IMG/VR virus record: IMGVR_UViG_3300050821_003659 | Span: 1-64,000 of that record | Reading direction: 5' to 3' (one strand) | Source of the DNA: a virus | Length of the DNA stretch: 64,000 bases | Shown: one piece after another, positions 46,624-55,945 of the stretch | Position numbering within the stretch: the first letter of the stretch is position 1 | Layout: each line of letters starts with the position of its first letter | The notes under the pieces: model-generated | Told to the model about the DNA's origin: nothing | The model's database searches: none | What the model saw: only the letters and a program-made list of their open reading frames with translations | Made by a program: the position numbers and the translations under genes

Positions 46624-47678
46624 AGGGTGAAGAGGACGCGACACTGATCTCGAAACCGACAGGGAATCTACTGGGCTACTACCACCGCCTGACAGGATTC
46701 GCGAAGAAGGGCGAGTCCTGTCTGGATAGCGGCAAGTACATGTGGTCGTACACGAAGTGGTCGCAGCCTGTGAACATCGCGAACGTGATCGACAACATCG
46801 AGAAGTGGCACACGAACGTTCAGGAGTACGCGGTCGTGCGGTGCGTGAACTGCGGAGACTATCACGGACAGAGTGACTGGTCTGGCGTGCGGTGCCCGAA
46901 GTGTGAGAAGCTGACGTTGAAGGCATCGCTGAAAGACGCGGGCGGATGGCCCCTGCCTGTCTGTGTGTTGGCGGGCAATCGAGTTCAGTTCACGCAGTAC
47001 TGCAAAGATAAGGGTGAGAACCCGTACACGACAGACGCGTTCATCGACGGTTCGCAGGGCATGATCCACGGGCACCACTTCAGCGGCATCGTGATCGTCG
47101 GAACGTTTGAAGAAAAAGTTGACGCCAATGAAATTCTGATGTACGCTAAGGCGAACCTCGAACCCGGAGGGCAGATCACCGGAGGAAACGTCGTGAAGCC
47201 GAAGCCGCTGCTGGTGGTGAAACCCGTGAACATCTGGAAAGGTGCAGACGGCGTGCCGACAGCGTCGAAGCCGTTTCTGTTGCCGAAAAAAGAAGAACCG
47301 AAGATGAAGAACGGCGAGGTGCGAAAACTTCCCAAGGCGAATAGCCCGATGTGGGTGACGCAGTGGGCGGCACAGGGCACAGCGAAGACGCCGTACATCG
47401 TGAGCAAGAAAGATACGCCGAGTGGAGCAACGACAAGCGAGGGCTGGGCGTGCTCTTGTCCTAGCTTCACACAAAACTCTCCCCGAGCGGACTGCAAGCA
47501 CATCTGCTGGGTGAGGAAGTTCGAGAACATCCCGATGAGTGCTGCACCTGTCGCGATGTTGCCAAAGGAACAGCAGGAGGCGTTCAAGAAGTTTTTGCTG
47601 GAGCAAGCGAAGGCGGGCAATCCCGCGATCAAGGTCGAGAAGAAACCGTTCATCACGCAGGGCAGGAGGTTCCGATGA
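46620..47678 (+). CDS. SWIM zinc-finger protein with C-terminal GRRFR
   Basis: CVNC/CPKC ribbon; WACSCP...DCKHI; ends FITQGRRFR. Confidence 0.75.
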   Translation: MKGEEDATLISKPTGNLLGYYHRLTGFAKKGESCLDSGKYMWSYTKWSQPVNIANVIDNIEKWHTNVQEYAVVRCVNCGDYHGQSDWSGVRCPKCEKLTLKASLKDAGGWPLPVCVLAGNRVQFTQYCKDKGENPYTTDAFIDGSQGMIHGHHFSGIVIVGTFEEKVDANEILMYAKANLEPGGQITGGNVVKPKPLLVVKPVNIWKGADGVPTASKPFLLPKKEEPKMKNGEVRKLPKANSPMWVTQWAAQGTAKTPYIVSKKDTPSGATTSEGWACSCPSFTQNSPRADCKHICWVRKFENIPMSAAPVAMLPKEQQEAFKKFLLEQAKAGNPAIKVEKKPFITQGRRFR

Positions 47679-48169
47679 TATCACAGCACAGGACAGACCG
47701 AGCGACCGCGTACAACCACATGCCACCACACGAGCGTGCGGCGTCGTTCATCAAATCGAGCATCTACTTCTGTGAGCAGAATATCGGCGGTCTGCAATCG
47801 GAAATAAAAATGTGGGGCGAACCGGAGATCGTCGCACTCCTCGGTGACGAGACGTGCTACATGAAACGTTGTCAGGCCGAGTCTGCTCTCAAAGAGCACG
47901 AAGCAGAGAAGCAGAGTTGGGAACATCTCTACGACAAACTCGGAGCGTGCCAGACGTGCAACGGGCAAGGATGGCTCTGGCAGTGCGTCTCACAAGACGA
48001 ATCGATCAAGGTGAAGTGCGACTCGTGCGGAGGGTTAGGCAAGACGTTGGCCGCGACTGCGGCGGTCAAGACTGTGGAAGCACAGAAGGCAGTTGCCGCA
48101 GCCGAAGCCGCGAAGAAGCCGACTCTGCTGGACAACATGAAGACGGCGTTGGGAAGGAAGTTCCGATGA
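47675..48169 (+). CDS. DnaJ-type CxxCxGxG zinc-finger protein with C-terminal GRKFR
   Basis: CQTCNGQG, CDSCGGLG; ends TALGRKFR. Confidence 0.7.
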   Translation: MISQHRTDRATAYNHMPPHERAASFIKSSIYFCEQNIGGLQSEIKMWGEPEIVALLGDETCYMKRCQAESALKEHEAEKQSWEHLYDKLGACQTCNGQGWLWQCVSQDESIKVKCDSCGGLGKTLAATAAVKTVEAQKAVAAAEAAKKPTLLDNMKTALGRKFR

Positions 48170-48423
48170 CACTGGCGTATGTCCTCTTCAGCGTCATGTT
48201 CACGGTGCTGCTGATCGGCACCATACTCGAAGACAGGAGATCAACTCAGATGGAGCAAACGATCAAGGCAATTCTGGCACGGTGTCACGGCAACGTGGGC
48301 GAGGCTGTGAACTACTGCGTGTCGATCATCACCACGACGAGCAACCCGCATCTGAAGCAGGAGTATCAGACGCTGCTCGACGCGATCCGACAGAACAAAG
48401 CGGAGGGTGCCCATGCTTCATAA
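48166..48423 (+). CDS. hypothetical protein with N-terminal TM segment
   Basis: ATGA coupling. Confidence 0.55.
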   Translation: MTLAYVLFSVMFTVLLIGTILEDRRSTQMEQTIKAILARCHGNVGEAVNYCVSIITTTSNPHLKQEYQTLLDAIRQNKAEGAHAS

Positions 48424-49143
48424 CGGCTACCTCGTGCATCCCGACATCTGGATGCTGTGGTTCTCGTTCGTCGTCTCGGCGTTTGTCTTCTCCTGTTACG
48501 TCATCAGGGTCGCACTCGCGACGTACGATCTAATCAAATCGCTCTGGAGGAAATAATGGCAAAGCAAGTTCAGGTGCACATCACGACGCCAACAACGAAC
48601 GGCGAGATCAACCGAGTGGACTGGGTTGACGAATCGCTGAAACCGAAACCGGGAATGGTTCTCCCCATGAAGGGCGACTCACGTGTGTGGACAGTGAAGT
48701 ACGCGTACACCAACACCGTACAGGACTTGAAGTGAGTTGCGGGGTCACGACTAACGGCGGGCATCAGGTCGAAGGTGCCCCACTGCACTGCGGGACGCGT
48801 CTGTACTGGAAGACGAATCCCGCACGACCACAGGACAGGGAACTCGAAGTCGTCCTGTGTGGCGAATGTAAGGCGAAGGGGGAACATGAGCAATCCACGG
48901 TTACAACGTAAAGCTGAGTGGGATGGAACCTTCAGCCTGTTGCTTGACGGCGAGGTGATCCGCGAACGGCGACCGCTGGCAGAGATCGAAGAGGCCGAAA
49001 CGTACGTCGGTGCACTGGTGTCGCTGCCACGGGGGAAGTCGGTGCCCACGACACTTCCACGCTTCGAATGCCAGTGTGAGGACTGCATGGAGCCGACGCT
49101 GCGGGACACGGGCGAGATCGACCCGCCGTCTCTCAGATAGTGC

Positions 49144-49172
49144 TTGACTCGGTCACCTCGCTTGTGTATCCT
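49144..49172 (+). promoter_or_regulatory. sigma70-like promoter
   Basis: TTGACT-17-TATCCT with TG extension. Confidence 0.6.
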
Positions 49173-49191
49173 GTAAATAGAGGGGTGTACC

Positions 49192-49674
49192 ATGAAAAGC
49201 CTTTCCAAAGACGAGTTGAAGTCGCTGCTCGAAGTCGCTGGCCCGGACAGACTTCTGTTCACGGTGATGTTCAATCACGGGCTGCGGGTGTCTGAGGCTA
49301 TCGCCCTGAACGACACGAACGTCGTAGACGGACACCTTGTGGTGCAGCGTCTGAAGGGTTCGGAGAAGACCACCCAGCGTATCCTCGCGGACGAGGCACA
49401 ACTGCTCACGATGAAGGGCCGCTTCTTCCCGATGTCTCGCTGGACTGTGAACCGCCGTCTGCAAGAGGCGGGCGTGAAGGCGGGAATCCCCGAGCACAAG
49501 CTGCACGCTCACGTGTTGAAGCACACGACGGGGCGACTGGCGTATAAGGGCGGCTGCGGAGTGGCTGAGATACAGTCGATCCTCGGTCACAAGTGTGGCG
49601 GCAACTCGATGATCTACATGCAAGCTGATGAGTCCGAAGCGTACGCGGCGTTTGCTGCGGCGGTAGGCAAATAG
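49192..49674 (+). CDS. minimal tyrosine recombinase (catalytic domain only)
   Basis: HGLRVSE, RLKGS, HAHVLKH, LGH, final Y in SMIY. Confidence 0.85.
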   Translation: MKSLSKDELKSLLEVAGPDRLLFTVMFNHGLRVSEAIALNDTNVVDGHLVVQRLKGSEKTTQRILADEAQLLTMKGRFFPMSRWTVNRRLQEAGVKAGIPEHKLHAHVLKHTTGRLAYKGGCGVAEIQSILGHKCGGNSMIYMQADESEAYAAFAAAVGK

Positions 49675-49682
49675 GAGGAAAC

Positions 49683-50048
49683 ATGGGATACAATCTGGAG
49701 CAGTGCACGGACGAGGGAGACACGATCTCACACGCGTTGGCACGCACGGCGACGGGCACGGCTTTACTGCTCTCGCCTGAGATGCAGGAGATCGAACGAG
49801 AGATCGAGTACATGGAGCAGCGTGCGGAGAACCGCAACCCCGGAGAGAACAAACTTCTAGGCATGCTGGCTCTGGGCAACGCGTTTCGCTTTGTCGAGAA
49901 TCTGTTTCGCACCGAGCAGATCGACTGGCTCACATACGCACGTGCGGGGCGAATCCTCTGCGACAGATACGAGGCTCTGCGGAAAGATGCGTACATCATC
50001 GACTTCAGCAAGACGATGAACTCTGCCTTCGGAAAGGAAACCCTGTGA
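49683..50048 (+). CDS. hypothetical protein
   Basis: AGGAGG RBS. Confidence 0.65.
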   Translation: MGYNLEQCTDEGDTISHALARTATGTALLLSPEMQEIEREIEYMEQRAENRNPGENKLLGMLALGNAFRFVENLFRTEQIDWLTYARAGRILCDRYEALRKDAYIIDFSKTMNSAFGKETL

Positions 50049-50566
50049 AACGACTGCTCATGCTGAAGTTGGTTGCTCTGCTGCTGGTTGGCACCGCACA
50101 CGCTCAGATGGACAAGGTCGCCAAGTTCGCCACAGCAATCGCCCGCACCGAAGGTTTTTTCGTGAAGGGCACGATACCCAACCGCTATCACAACCCCGGC
50201 GACATCCGGGCCGAGAAGCTGCACGTCTACCCCGGACAGGTCGGACTCTCGAAGCGAGGATACGTGATCTTCAAAAATGACGCGTGGGGCTGGGCTGCAC
50301 TCGAACGTCAAATCCAGAAGGTGATCGACGGCACGTCTACAAAGTACACGCAGGACATGACGATGCTCCAGATCGCGAAAGTTTACGCGGCGAGTCCGCA
50401 GTGGCCCAAGACGCTCTGCAAAATCCTGCGGATCAGTCCTCGGCTCACGTTCCAAGAGTACTTCGATCTTGCACCACGAGTGAACGTCACGGAGTTGCGT
50501 TATGATATCTTGCGGACACTTGCCGGAACATCTCTGCCCGAGATGCCAACGTTGCAGGGCATGTAG
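50045..50566 (+). CDS. secreted lysozyme-like protein
   Basis: Signal peptide; AIARTEGF, NRYHNPGDI, YVIF...GWAAL pattern. Confidence 0.55.
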   Translation: MKRLLMLKLVALLLVGTAHAQMDKVAKFATAIARTEGFFVKGTIPNRYHNPGDIRAEKLHVYPGQVGLSKRGYVIFKNDAWGWAALERQIQKVIDGTSTKYTQDMTMLQIAKVYAASPQWPKTLCKILRISPRLTFQEYFDLAPRVNVTELRYDILRTLAGTSLPEMPTLQGM

Positions 50567-50646
50567 TCACACGTACGTCGAACGGGCTGATGGCTGGTGG
50601 ATCAAGTGCCCGACAGGACGCTGGCACAAACCAACGTGGAGGGAAG

Positions 50647-51450
50647 ATGGCTACAACACGCGAGTTAATCCAGTCGGTAGCGAAGTCGCCGCTGATGCAA
50701 AAGATGAACACGGATCACCTCATCCATCTTTTTGAGGGCGGGTCTGCACTGCACGGTGCACGGCTGGCTACGAAGTCAGACCTTGACATCTGCGGCGTGT
50801 TCATCGAGCCGAAGGCGAACGTCTTCGGACTCACGCCTTTCGAGCACATGGTGACGAGCACGAGCGATCAGACCGAGCGGAACACGAGCGATGACACAGA
50901 CATCTGCCTCTACGGTCTGAAACGCTGGGCCGAGCTAGCCTGTAAGGGCAACCCGACAGCGATCAGCTACCTGTTCGCAGAGAACTGTGCACCGACGAAC
51001 TGGCTCTGGGGCTACGCCGTCCTCGGTCGCATGAAGGAAGCGATCATCAGCAAGAAGGCCGCGTTGCACTTCCTCGGCTTTGTCGATGGACAGATGAAAC
51101 GGCTGCTGGGCCAGAAGGGTCAGGGCAAGCACGGGCAGCGTCCCGAGCTAATCGAGAACTTCGGATACGACACGAAGGCCGCGATGCACGCGATGCGGCT
51201 GTGTGGCGAAGGTCTGGAGTTGATGCGTGAGGGTTTCATCCGATATCCACGCCCCAATGCGAAAGACTTAATCCGAATCCGCGAGGGAGGATGGTCGCTT
51301 GACATTGTGAATCGCGAGGTGTCACGCGGGCTGTACGAACTCGAAGATGCGATGGAAAAATCTTCCTTGCGTTCGAAGCCCGACTACGATATCGTGAACG
51401 AGGAGTTGGTGAATGCCTACGAAGAGTTTTACTACCACCGAGAAAACTGA
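50647..51450 (+). CDS. Pol-beta superfamily nucleotidyltransferase (YcgL/RlaP-like)
   Basis: GGSALHG...SDLDICGVF, KGNP, YDTKAAMHAMRL. Confidence 0.85.
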   Translation: MATTRELIQSVAKSPLMQKMNTDHLIHLFEGGSALHGARLATKSDLDICGVFIEPKANVFGLTPFEHMVTSTSDQTERNTSDDTDICLYGLKRWAELACKGNPTAISYLFAENCAPTNWLWGYAVLGRMKEAIISKKAALHFLGFVDGQMKRLLGQKGQGKHGQRPELIENFGYDTKAAMHAMRLCGEGLELMREGFIRYPRPNAKDLIRIREGGWSLDIVNREVSRGLYELEDAMEKSSLRSKPDYDIVNEELVNAYEEFYYHREN

Positions 51451-51594
51451 GTTGCCGAAGGGCTTCACCTGTGAGTGTGGGACGTTCAACCGCTTTCCCC
51501 CTTACGTATATGCCCACTGGGACATCATTCTGGTGTTCACGTGCGAGTGCAAACGCAAATATATCATCAGGCGAGGAATCGCTTTGGAGGACAA

Positions 51595-51822
51595 ATGAAA
51601 AACGTAATCAGTCTCATGCAGTTGAAGGCCAATCTTCAGAGCGAAGAAGACAAGCGTCAGGCTCTGATCGACCAAGGACGCCGAGCGTATAAACTCGGCA
51701 TCGAAGAAGTGAACTGTCCGCTCAAGGAACTGAGCGAACGCAAACTGTGGAGCCTCGGCTGGACAAAAGCCCGGAACGAGTTCCTCGAACTCTTGCGGCG
51801 GAACGGAGGCAACATGAGATAA
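51595..51822 (+). CDS. small protein with an RMF-like GRRAY..G...CP...W..GW pattern
   Basis: GGAGG RBS; motif resemblance only. Confidence 0.45.
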   Translation: MKNVISLMQLKANLQSEEDKRQALIDQGRRAYKLGIEEVNCPLKELSERKLWSLGWTKARNEFLELLRRNGGNMR

Positions 51823-51859
51823 CAACCAAATCAACACCTAAGACTGATAATAAGCACCA

Positions 51860-52240
51860 CCTATAGAACTTACAGAGGCAAGGCCCACCGACTGTGCGTG
51901 GGTGTTCTGAGGCACGAACGAGTAGCACCGTCTAGTCCACGCGTGCGATGCGGTCGTGATAGGAGCGAACAGCACAGAGGGTCAAAGCCGCCGAGACAGT
52001 AGCGAAGGGCTGGCTGTAGGGTGCCGCACGGGGAGGAATCCCATCCGAAAGGTAAACGTGAGACATCGTCTGACACCGAGGAGTGCGGATCGGGGAGCAA
52101 ACGCCCGTGCCGTAAAAGAGAGAACCGAGTATACAGCACGGTGGGGATCGACTCCCGCTGCGTGCGACAGCCTCTCATCACTTCGTTGACGATGCCAAAT
52201 GCTGATGCGTCCTACCCTACCGGAACAAAAACAAAGTGGG
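51860..52240 (+). ncRNA. candidate large structured ncRNA
   Basis: About 400 nt without a credible ORF; AGAGGC/GCCTCT and GTAGGG/CCCTAC long-range stems, GNRA-type loops, T-arm-like hairpin. Confidence 0.45.
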
Positions 52241-52263
52241 GAGAAAAACATGGAGAGAATATC

Positions 52264-52656
52264 ATGACTACCAAAAGTTCACGACGCAACATCGTTCGCG
52301 ATGTCGATGGCGACCGCTATCTGCTCACCTCACGTCGCATCGTCCAGATGGACAGTGCGGACGCGAAGGAAGGCACACCGTGGTACGCGTACAATGCCGA
52401 GATCAAACGCGTCACGGCTGACGGCATCGAAGGCTTCAACCTCATCAACGTCTCGTCTCGTGTGAGCACTGACAGCAATGCGACCATACGTGTGCAGGTT
52501 CGTTTCGGCAAGACATCCGACGAAGCGAAGGGCCTTCATATCGGGACGTATCAGATCGGCTGCGGTCACTTCACCCGCAAGACGTTTCTGCGTATCCTCA
52601 AGAACGCTGGTGTGCAGACCACCAAGAAAGCGTTCGCAGCAGTGGCGGGCTTATGA
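52264..52656 (+). CDS. hypothetical protein
   Basis: GGAG RBS; IGCGHF; ends KKAFAAVAGL. Confidence 0.65.
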   Translation: MTTKSSRRNIVRDVDGDRYLLTSRRIVQMDSADAKEGTPWYAYNAEIKRVTADGIEGFNLINVSSRVSTDSNATIRVQVRFGKTSDEAKGLHIGTYQIGCGHFTRKTFLRILKNAGVQTTKKAFAAVAGL

Positions 52657-52950
52657 AGACCCTAGCCCAAGAGTACGCCGAGTACTCGCGGCAGCAAGCA
52701 GGTGACGGTTCTGTGAGTCCGACAGTCGATACTGGTTTTCGAATGCCGCCCACTGAACCCTTCACCTACACGCCGCGACCGAATCCCCCGACCAAGGAAC
52801 TCTGGGACATCGACACCGTCCACGAGGACGACATCACCTCGAAAGAGTCCACCGGAATCCGGGGTATCAACTTCATCACCATCGACGTTGCGAAGGCACG
52901 AGCACGAAAGAACCAGTTGACACCTGTGCTACAATAGTTCAGGAGGAAAC

Positions 52951-53265
52951 ATGGCTCGTTTATCGAAGCGTACGAAACCTGAACCCGTCCCCCAGACTGA
53001 TGCGGTCGTCGGTCGCGATCTGATCGAACACTACCGCAAGCAGAGCGAAGAACAGGCGGACAAGCTGACCGAGGGTGAAGCCTGCCAGTACTGGGATGAC
53101 GGCTGGCGTTACGGGCACATCGAGAAGTTGCCCGATGCAGATGAACCGAAGTACGGACAGGTGAGGATCGTGCATCAGGTCACAGGCCGCGTCTGGGTTC
53201 CAGCACGTGATGTGAAGCCGATGAACCAAGAGTGGGAGCAGTACTTTGCGTGGAGGCGGGAATGA
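52951..53265 (+). CDS. hypothetical SH3-like protein
   Basis: AGGAGG RBS; extended -10 TGCTACAAT upstream. Confidence 0.6.
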   Translation: MARLSKRTKPEPVPQTDAVVGRDLIEHYRKQSEEQADKLTEGEACQYWDDGWRYGHIEKLPDADEPKYGQVRIVHQVTGRVWVPARDVKPMNQEWEQYFAWRRE

Positions 53266-54338
53266 GTCTGGTCATAAAGCGTTACCCTGATCTTTCGCCG
53301 CCCGTGCTCTTTTATTCTGGCACGGAATCGTTGCGGTTCAGTGAGGCTCACTGGCTCTGGCTCCGCGAGACGACGACAGGTCTGGTGCCGTTGGACGGTG
53401 TCACGACCGTTTTGAAAGCAACACACAACGCAGCCGAGCCGCTCATCAACTGGGCACTGCGTCAGGGCTTCGACAAGTTCAAGGCGATGTTGTCGAAACA
53501 CATGGGGCCGAATCATGCGTACGAACTCTGGGAAACGGAACTCGACAGTCTCATCGTTGAGGCAAAGAAAGCTGCAAAGGAAAAACTCAATGACGCTGGT
53601 GATGTTGGAACGCAAGCCCACCGCCACCTTGAAAAAGTTGCCAAGGCGACTCTTGGCTCTGATACACGAAGACTTGCTGAGCTAATCGCCCTGATGCCGG
53701 AAGACCCGCGTGCCGAGTCCTGCGTCATCGCGGCGATCCTCTGGTGCGTCGAGCACGACATCGAGTGGATATACTCAGAACGGCCCGTGTACCATATAGA
53801 CCACGGGTACTGCGGCACGCTGGATAACGTCGCGTGGGCGTCAAGCTGCAAGAACCCGCTCTGTTGCCCCACACCGTTCACACGGCGTCGGGTGCAGGTC
53901 GATTACAAGAGTTCGAATGCCCTGAGGGTAGAATATTGCCTTCAAACAGCGGCGTACACCGCTGCTCTCGAACGCGAGAAACCGGACGAGGTGATCGATG
54001 ACAGGTTCATCCTCCGACTCGATAAAGAGACGGCGGCGTTCGAACCGTGGCACCTTGAGGGCCGAGATTTGCAGAAGCAAGACTTCGCGGCCTACCTCGA
54101 TGCCCTAGCCTGTTTTCGGTCTGGGCGTGCGGTCGAGGCCCGGATGAACACTATCCGCGAGGTTCGGCGGGCGGCTGAGAGGGAGATCAAGAAGGCGGCG
54201 AAGGAAGCTGCCCACCGCAAGGAATGCCCGAAGGCGGCTGACTACAAGGGTTCCCGGCTCACGAAGTGCTTCGAGGACGGGACGCAGTGCGAGGCGTGCC
54301 GTGCAAAATATATTGCGAATCACCCAGAAAACAGTTGA
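53262..54338 (+). CDS. PD-(D/E)xK exonuclease (RecB/Cas4-like)
   Basis: VTTVL, GTQAH, SERPVY, GTLD, DYKSS, QTAAY. Confidence 0.85.
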   Translation: MSLVIKRYPDLSPPVLFYSGTESLRFSEAHWLWLRETTTGLVPLDGVTTVLKATHNAAEPLINWALRQGFDKFKAMLSKHMGPNHAYELWETELDSLIVEAKKAAKEKLNDAGDVGTQAHRHLEKVAKATLGSDTRRLAELIALMPEDPRAESCVIAAILWCVEHDIEWIYSERPVYHIDHGYCGTLDNVAWASSCKNPLCCPTPFTRRRVQVDYKSSNALRVEYCLQTAAYTAALEREKPDEVIDDRFILRLDKETAAFEPWHLEGRDLQKQDFAAYLDALACFRSGRAVEARMNTIREVRRAAEREIKKAAKEAAHRKECPKAADYKGSRLTKCFEDGTQCEACRAKYIANHPENS

Positions 54339-54363
54339 CACGGTACACCAGTTCTGTCACTAT
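54335..54363 (+). promoter_or_regulatory. sigma70-like promoter
   Basis: TTGACA-17-CACTAT. Confidence 0.7.
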
Positions 54364-54379
54364 GAATGTAGGGGGGAAC

Positions 54380-55003
54380 ATGCAAAAATTATATCGCGGT
54401 GAACTGGTCGAGGTGATCGAGGAGAGTGGTTCCCTCGTTCGAGTGCGGTACGCCAATGGCGACGAAAGCAACTGGTTCCCGGCTACCCTGCTGAAAGAAC
54501 CGAAGCCTGTGAAGCTGCGAATCTCCCGAGACGCCGACTACGAAGCCGCCGTCACCGAAGGTCTGACGCACTTCTACACCGTTGACACGTTCGACCGAGA
54601 CGAACCGAAGCTGAACATCCCCGAGTACAACTGGCTGAAGGTTGAACTTCAGTCTCGCGGATACGTCATCACCGTTTACTCCGCAACGAAAGACGCACAG
54701 AAGACGGCTGAGACGCTGGCGACTCTGGCGGGTGTCACTGCGGAGCAAGCGTTGCCGTTTATCACCGTGCGAGATCGCAAGGGTGGGCCGAAGTGGAACG
54801 TTGACTTCGCAAACTTTCCAGCGTTGAACACCTCCGTGCGTGACCTGCTCGAAGTGAACTTCGGGCACATGCGTGCGAAGGGACGCAAACCGAACATCCG
54901 TAAAATCCGCATCGGCTCAACGAAGCTGGTGCAAAAACTTATCAGCGAGGGCTTCACCGTCACGAAGCGGTCGGAAGAGACTTCGCAACTGGAGGGGAAA
55001 TGA
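54380..55003 (+). CDS. hypothetical protein
   Basis: ATG after GGGGGG RBS. Confidence 0.65.
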   Translation: MQKLYRGELVEVIEESGSLVRVRYANGDESNWFPATLLKEPKPVKLRISRDADYEAAVTEGLTHFYTVDTFDRDEPKLNIPEYNWLKVELQSRGYVITVYSATKDAQKTAETLATLAGVTAEQALPFITVRDRKGGPKWNVDFANFPALNTSVRDLLEVNFGHMRAKGRKPNIRKIRIGSTKLVQKLISEGFTVTKRSEETSQLEGK

Positions 55004-55755
55004 CTTTCACCAAAGGACAGATCGTGTATCACCCCACGCTGGGTAAAGGCGTCGTCGGTTTAGTGGATGAGAAGGTTCGCGTCAAGTGGGCGGGGCAGAA
55101 GTTCGAGAACTGCTATCTTCCCTCAGCGAACGTTCTGTCTGAGTTGATCGACAAACCTGTCAAGGCTGGCAAGCCCCCTGTGCTTCCGCCTGATCTAACA
55201 CAGATCAAAATCGCGGGCGACGACTCTGGGTTTCAGTTTCCTGACGAGCAGAAACTTCTGGCACTCATCGAAACGAAGCGGGTGCCACGCACCACAGCGT
55301 ATGAAGAGACGAGCCGTCTCGCGTATCTACTGCGACCGGACTCTCTCAAACTCGCAGACTCTGCTAAGGCTGCGGAGGAAGACGCACACACAGTTGTGTT
55401 CGAAGCGATACAGCAGGTCGGCGGTGTCTTCACGACGGTGCCCGCACAGACTGCGGTCGCCGCTGACGGACAGAAGACTGAAGTCGGTGAACTGTACCTG
55501 AACGTCTTCGCTGAGAAGAAGATCGTGGTCTGGCTGCGTACGTCGCAACCGAACGCGTCTCAGTCCAAGTTTTATACGTTCGTCCGTGATGAGGTGCTGC
55601 CTGTGCAGTTTCCGGGCTACACCGTGTACGTCACGACTCACGGGGATGTGCCGTCAAAGAATCCCTCTGTCAACGTCCGAGCACGCGACATGTGGACGGC
55701 AGTCACGGGGCATGTCGGAGCGTATGCTCGACTCGAATCTCTGTTCACTTACTAG
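55000..55755 (+). CDS. hypothetical protein with CarD/DUF3553-like N-terminal barrel
   Basis: FTKGQIVYHPTLGKGVV. Confidence 0.55.
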   Translation: MTFTKGQIVYHPTLGKGVVGLVDEKVRVKWAGQKFENCYLPSANVLSELIDKPVKAGKPPVLPPDLTQIKIAGDDSGFQFPDEQKLLALIETKRVPRTTAYEETSRLAYLLRPDSLKLADSAKAAEEDAHTVVFEAIQQVGGVFTTVPAQTAVAADGQKTEVGELYLNVFAEKKIVVWLRTSQPNASQSKFYTFVRDEVLPVQFPGYTVYVTTHGDVPSKNPSVNVRARDMWTAVTGHVGAYARLESLFTY

Positions 55756-55945
55756 GAGGCATCATGCTGAATCGTTTCTACTGGATCGGACTCAAGTCGC
55801 AGCCGTCGAGTTTTTCCTCTCGTCGCAACCGCTCTGGTCAACTGACCGAGCACATCGAAGCCATCCGCGAGAATCTTCTGCGTGCCGCTGAGGTACTCGC
55901 CCACATCGGAGAGCAGCCCGCTCAACTGCTGCTCACTGAGGGAAA

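Noticed and set aside
49192-49674. Prophage integrase and att site
   Set aside because: Too short, lacks DNA-binding domains; no repressor, no host genes and no duplicated tRNA 3' end seen.
52020-52140. RNase P RNA (GAGGAA, GGTAAAC, GAGCAA, AGAACC fragments)
   Set aside because: The conserved GAGGAAAGUCC and the P4 pairing are not present; kept only as an unassigned structured RNA.
52917-52935. TTGACA...TACAAT as a canonical -35/-10 promoter
   Set aside because: The spacer is only 7 nt; at most an extended -10 promoter.
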